Shown here in pieces: positions 60,401 to 64,000 of a stretch of DNA of 64,000 nt. This DNA comes from Convolutriloba macropyga (lineage: Eukaryota). The stretch is from contig NC_134477.1 in the NCBI RefSeq assembly GCF_964194025.1, positions 7,440,001 to 7,504,000 on the forward strand. The letters are read 5' to 3'. The notes under the pieces were generated by a model. The model did not search any database, was not told where the DNA came from, and saw nothing but the letters and a program-made list of their open reading frames with translations. Positions within the stretch are counted from its first letter, which is position 1. Each line of letters opens with the position of its first letter. A program made the position numbers and the translations under genes.

Positions 60401-63400
60401 AAACTGTATTATCAAACAAAAACATTGATTTTAATGTAAACTGTATAACTGATTTAAACATTGGTATTGAACTGTTATCTTACTGTAGTATTAATCAAAA
60501 CAGTAATAATAAAGTTAAATTGTATCTTTAATCAAAACAATAACAGTACTTTAATATTAAGGTAACTTATAAAACGAATCAAAGCATTATTGTTGAGCTA
60601 TTACCTACTGTAATGTTAATCCAAACAATAATATTAAAGTTAAAATGTAACATCAATCAATCCAATAATATAAAGGTTAACAGTAAAAATAGTCAAAAAG
60701 TTATTAAAAACGTAAGCTGTAATATAAAGCAAAAAAATATTTTTAGGTTAAACAGTAATACTAATCAATACAAAAATAAAATAGTAAACTGTAAAATCAA
60801 ACAAAGACATTGACATTATTGAAAACTATAAAACTAATCAAAACATTAATATTGAACTGTTATCTTTCTGTAGTATTAGTCAAAACAGTAATATCAAAGT
60901 TAAATTAATTAATCAAAATATTAAAGAAAAGGTAAACAGTAAATTTAATCAAAAAATTTTTAAATCGTTAATTTGTTTTGGGCAAAAACATCAATAATAA
61001 GGTACACTATAGAACTAATCAAAAGATTAATTTTAAAGGCAATCAGCAATATTTATCAAAACATTACAAAAAAGTTGGTAAAATGAAGCAAAAACATTTA
61101 TATCAGGTAAACTATAAAATTAATCATAGCCTTAATATAGAACTCTTATCTTACTGTAAAATTAATCGAAGTATTAATATTAAAGTTTAAATGTAACATT
61201 ATTCAAAACAATAAAAACATGTAAACAGTATGAATAATCAAAATATTAATAAAAAATTAAGCAGTAATATTAAGCAAAAACATTATTTTTAGGTTAAACA
61301 GTAAAATTAAGAAAAACAATAATACAAAAAGTAAACTGTAATATCAAGCAAAAAAAATTAATAGTAATGTAAACTTTAAAACTAATCAAAACATTTATCA
61401 AAACGATAGGTGTTATATTGGTCAAAAACATCAAAACAACACTATAAAAAACTAATCAAATTATTATCCTTAACGGCAAACAGCAATATTAATAGAAACA
61501 TTAAAAAATATGTAAACTGTAATGTTAATTAATAACCTTCAAACTAAGGACAAATATAAAACTATTCAAAACATTATTATTGAACTGCTATTTTACCGTT
61601 CTATTATTGAAAACATTAATATTAAAAATATAGTGTAACATTAATCAAAACAATAACAAAAAGGTAAGCTGTAATAATAATCAAAACATTAATAAAAACG
61701 TAAGCTGTACTATTAAGCAAAAGTATAAATGTTAATATTAGGTTAAACAGTAATTTCAATCAAGACTTTAATAAAAAAGTAAACTGTAATGCAAAAACAT
61801 GAATTTCAATCTGAACTATAAAACTAATCAAAACATAAATATTGAACTGTTATCTTACTGTAATATTAATCAAAACATAAATATTAAAATTAAAATGTAA
61901 GATTAATCAAAACAATAATAAAAAGGTAAACAGTATTAATAATCAAAACATTAATAAAAACAACTCAAGCTGCAATAGTAAGCTACCTAGTAATTACTAT
62001 TATTAGGTTAAACAGTAATAGTAATGAAAACAATGCTAAAACAGTAAACTGTAATATCAAGCAGAAACATCAATTTTAAGGTACACTATAAAACTAATCA
62101 AAACATTAATATGGAACTGTTATCTTAGTGTACTATCAATCAAAATAGTAATTTTATAGTTAAACTGTACCATTATTCAAAACATCAATAAAAAAGTGAG
62201 AAACAAACTTTATTCATAACATTAAAAAAACGAAAGCTGTGATATTAAGCAAAAATATTACTTTCAGGTTAAACAGTAATTTTAGTCAAAACATTAAAAA
62301 AAGATTAAACTGTAATATCAAGCAATAACATAATATTAAATTAAACTATAAAACTAATCAGAACAATAAAATTGAACTGTCATTCTACTGTAATATAAAT
62401 CAAAATATTGTAATTAAAGTTAAGAAGTAACATAAATTAAAACGATAAATAAATGTAAACAGTATTCTCGATCAAAACATTAATAAAAACGCAAGCTGTA
62501 ATCTTAAGCAAAATTCTCAAAATTAGGTTCAACAGTAATAGCAATCAAAATATTACTAAAAGAATAAACTGTAATATCAAGCAATTTTAAGGTAAAATAA
62601 AAATCTAATCAAAACATTATTATTGCACTGTTATCTTACTGTATTATCAATAAAAAACATTAATTTCATAGTTAAACTGTAACATTAATCAAAACATTAA
62701 AAAAGATACACAGTAAATGAAATCAAAACAAAAATAAACACGTCAGCTGTGATATTAGACAAAAACATTAATATTAAGGTACACTATGAGACTGATCAAA
62801 ACATAAACAAAAAATGTATACAGTAATATTAATCAAAATAATAATAAATAGGTAAACAGTAATATTCACCAAAAAAAAATTTACTAAGGTAAACAAACCA
62901 TAAAACTAATCAAAACATTTATCTGAACTGTTGTCTTACTGTAATATTTATCAAAACTTTAATATTAGAGTCAAAATCTAACATTAATCAAAATATTAAG
63001 GAAAAGGTTAATTTCCCAAAAGTGGCTAATAACCATCCTCTCTAAAAATATTAACCATAAAAACATTGTTCTGAGTATAAAAATTAAAAGAACCATTGAA
63101 ATTAAGGTAAACTACAATCTTTCTGCAATATTAATTAAAAAATTGATATTAAAATGAACTATTATCTTACTATAATACTCAGCAAAACATAAAAATAATG
63201 TACGCTAAAAAATCAACTCAAAATTAATACTCAGGTAAACCATCAAAACATTAATATTAAAGTTAACATGTAACATCAATCAAAACAATAATAAAAATGT
63301 AAACAATAATAATAATAAAAAAAATTAATAAAAACTTAAGCTGTAATATTGAGCAAAAAAATTAATTTTAGGTTAAACATCAATATCAATCAAATCAAAA

Positions 63401-64000
63401 TTAAAATATTAAACTGTAATATCAAACGAAAACATTGATATTAAAGTAAGCTGTATAACTGATCAAAACATTGATATTGAACTGTTATCTTACTGTAGTA
63501 TTAATCAAAACAGTAATAATAAAGTTAAATTGTAACTTTAATCAAAACAATAACAGTACTTTAATATTAAGTTAACTTATAAAACGAATCAAAGCATTAT
63601 TGTTGAGCTATTATCTTACTGTAATATTAATCAAAACAATAATATTAAAGTTAAAGTGTAACATCAATCAAAACAATAATAAAAAGGTCAACAGTAAAAA
63701 TAGTCAAAAATTTAATAAAAACGTAAGCTGTAATACAAAGCAAAAAAATATTTTTAGATTAAACAGTAATACTAATCAAAACAATAATAAAATAGTAAGC
63801 TGTAATATCAAAAAAAGACATTGACATTAATGAAAACTATAAAACTAATCAAAACATTAATATTGAACTGTTATTAATCAAAACCTTAGATTTAAAGTTA
63901 AACTGTAACAATAATCAAAAAATTTTTAAAAGGTAAACAGTTTTTTTTCAAAACATTAAAAAAATGTTGGCGGTAATATTCGGCATAAACATCAATATTA
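54460..64000. repeat. Complex AT-rich hierarchical satellite, running off the window end
   Basis: ~36-37-bp monomers (AAACTGTAATATTAATCAAAACATTAATATTAAGGT-like), a ~260-bp higher-order unit, and head modules at 54460, 56461, 59956 and 63007. Confidence 0.93.

Noticed and set aside
55659-63824. Short Asn/Lys/Ile-rich ORFs
   Set aside because: Chance open frames in the A-rich satellite.

Overview
AT-rich, repeat-dense eukaryotic (probably invertebrate animal) genomic window with two assembly gaps. Three host genes: a 3-exon FAHD2-like gene (+, 22832-24449), a 6-exon LanC-like (LANCL1/2-type) gene (+, 25003-32788) and a single-coding-exon SLC18B1-like MFS transporter (-, 40985-42349). The rest is mobile and repetitive DNA. 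It includes a near-complete decayed Ty3/Gypsy element (-, 917-7626, GGAAT TSD, tRNA-Ser PBS) whose 5' end was tandemly duplicated with flank, env-like remnants, CR1/L2-type and I/Jockey-type LINE fragments, a Penelope GIY-YIG fragment, tRNA-derived SINE-like copies, a second decayed Gypsy pol, a MITE, and a hierarchical satellite of at least 9.5 kb. The strongest oddity is LANCL intron 3 (5.3 kb). The best-aligning gene model needs a non-canonical GG 5' splice site, the intron ends are a perfect 14-bp inverted repeat, and the interior is a ~5-kb 24-bp minisatellite, as expected of a transposon-born intron. Also notable are a 2A-like (StopGo) motif ahead of a LINE endonuclease, and a satellite head module whose predicted hairpin is cleanly deleted in one copy. 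All alignments and counts were done by eye; no searches were run.
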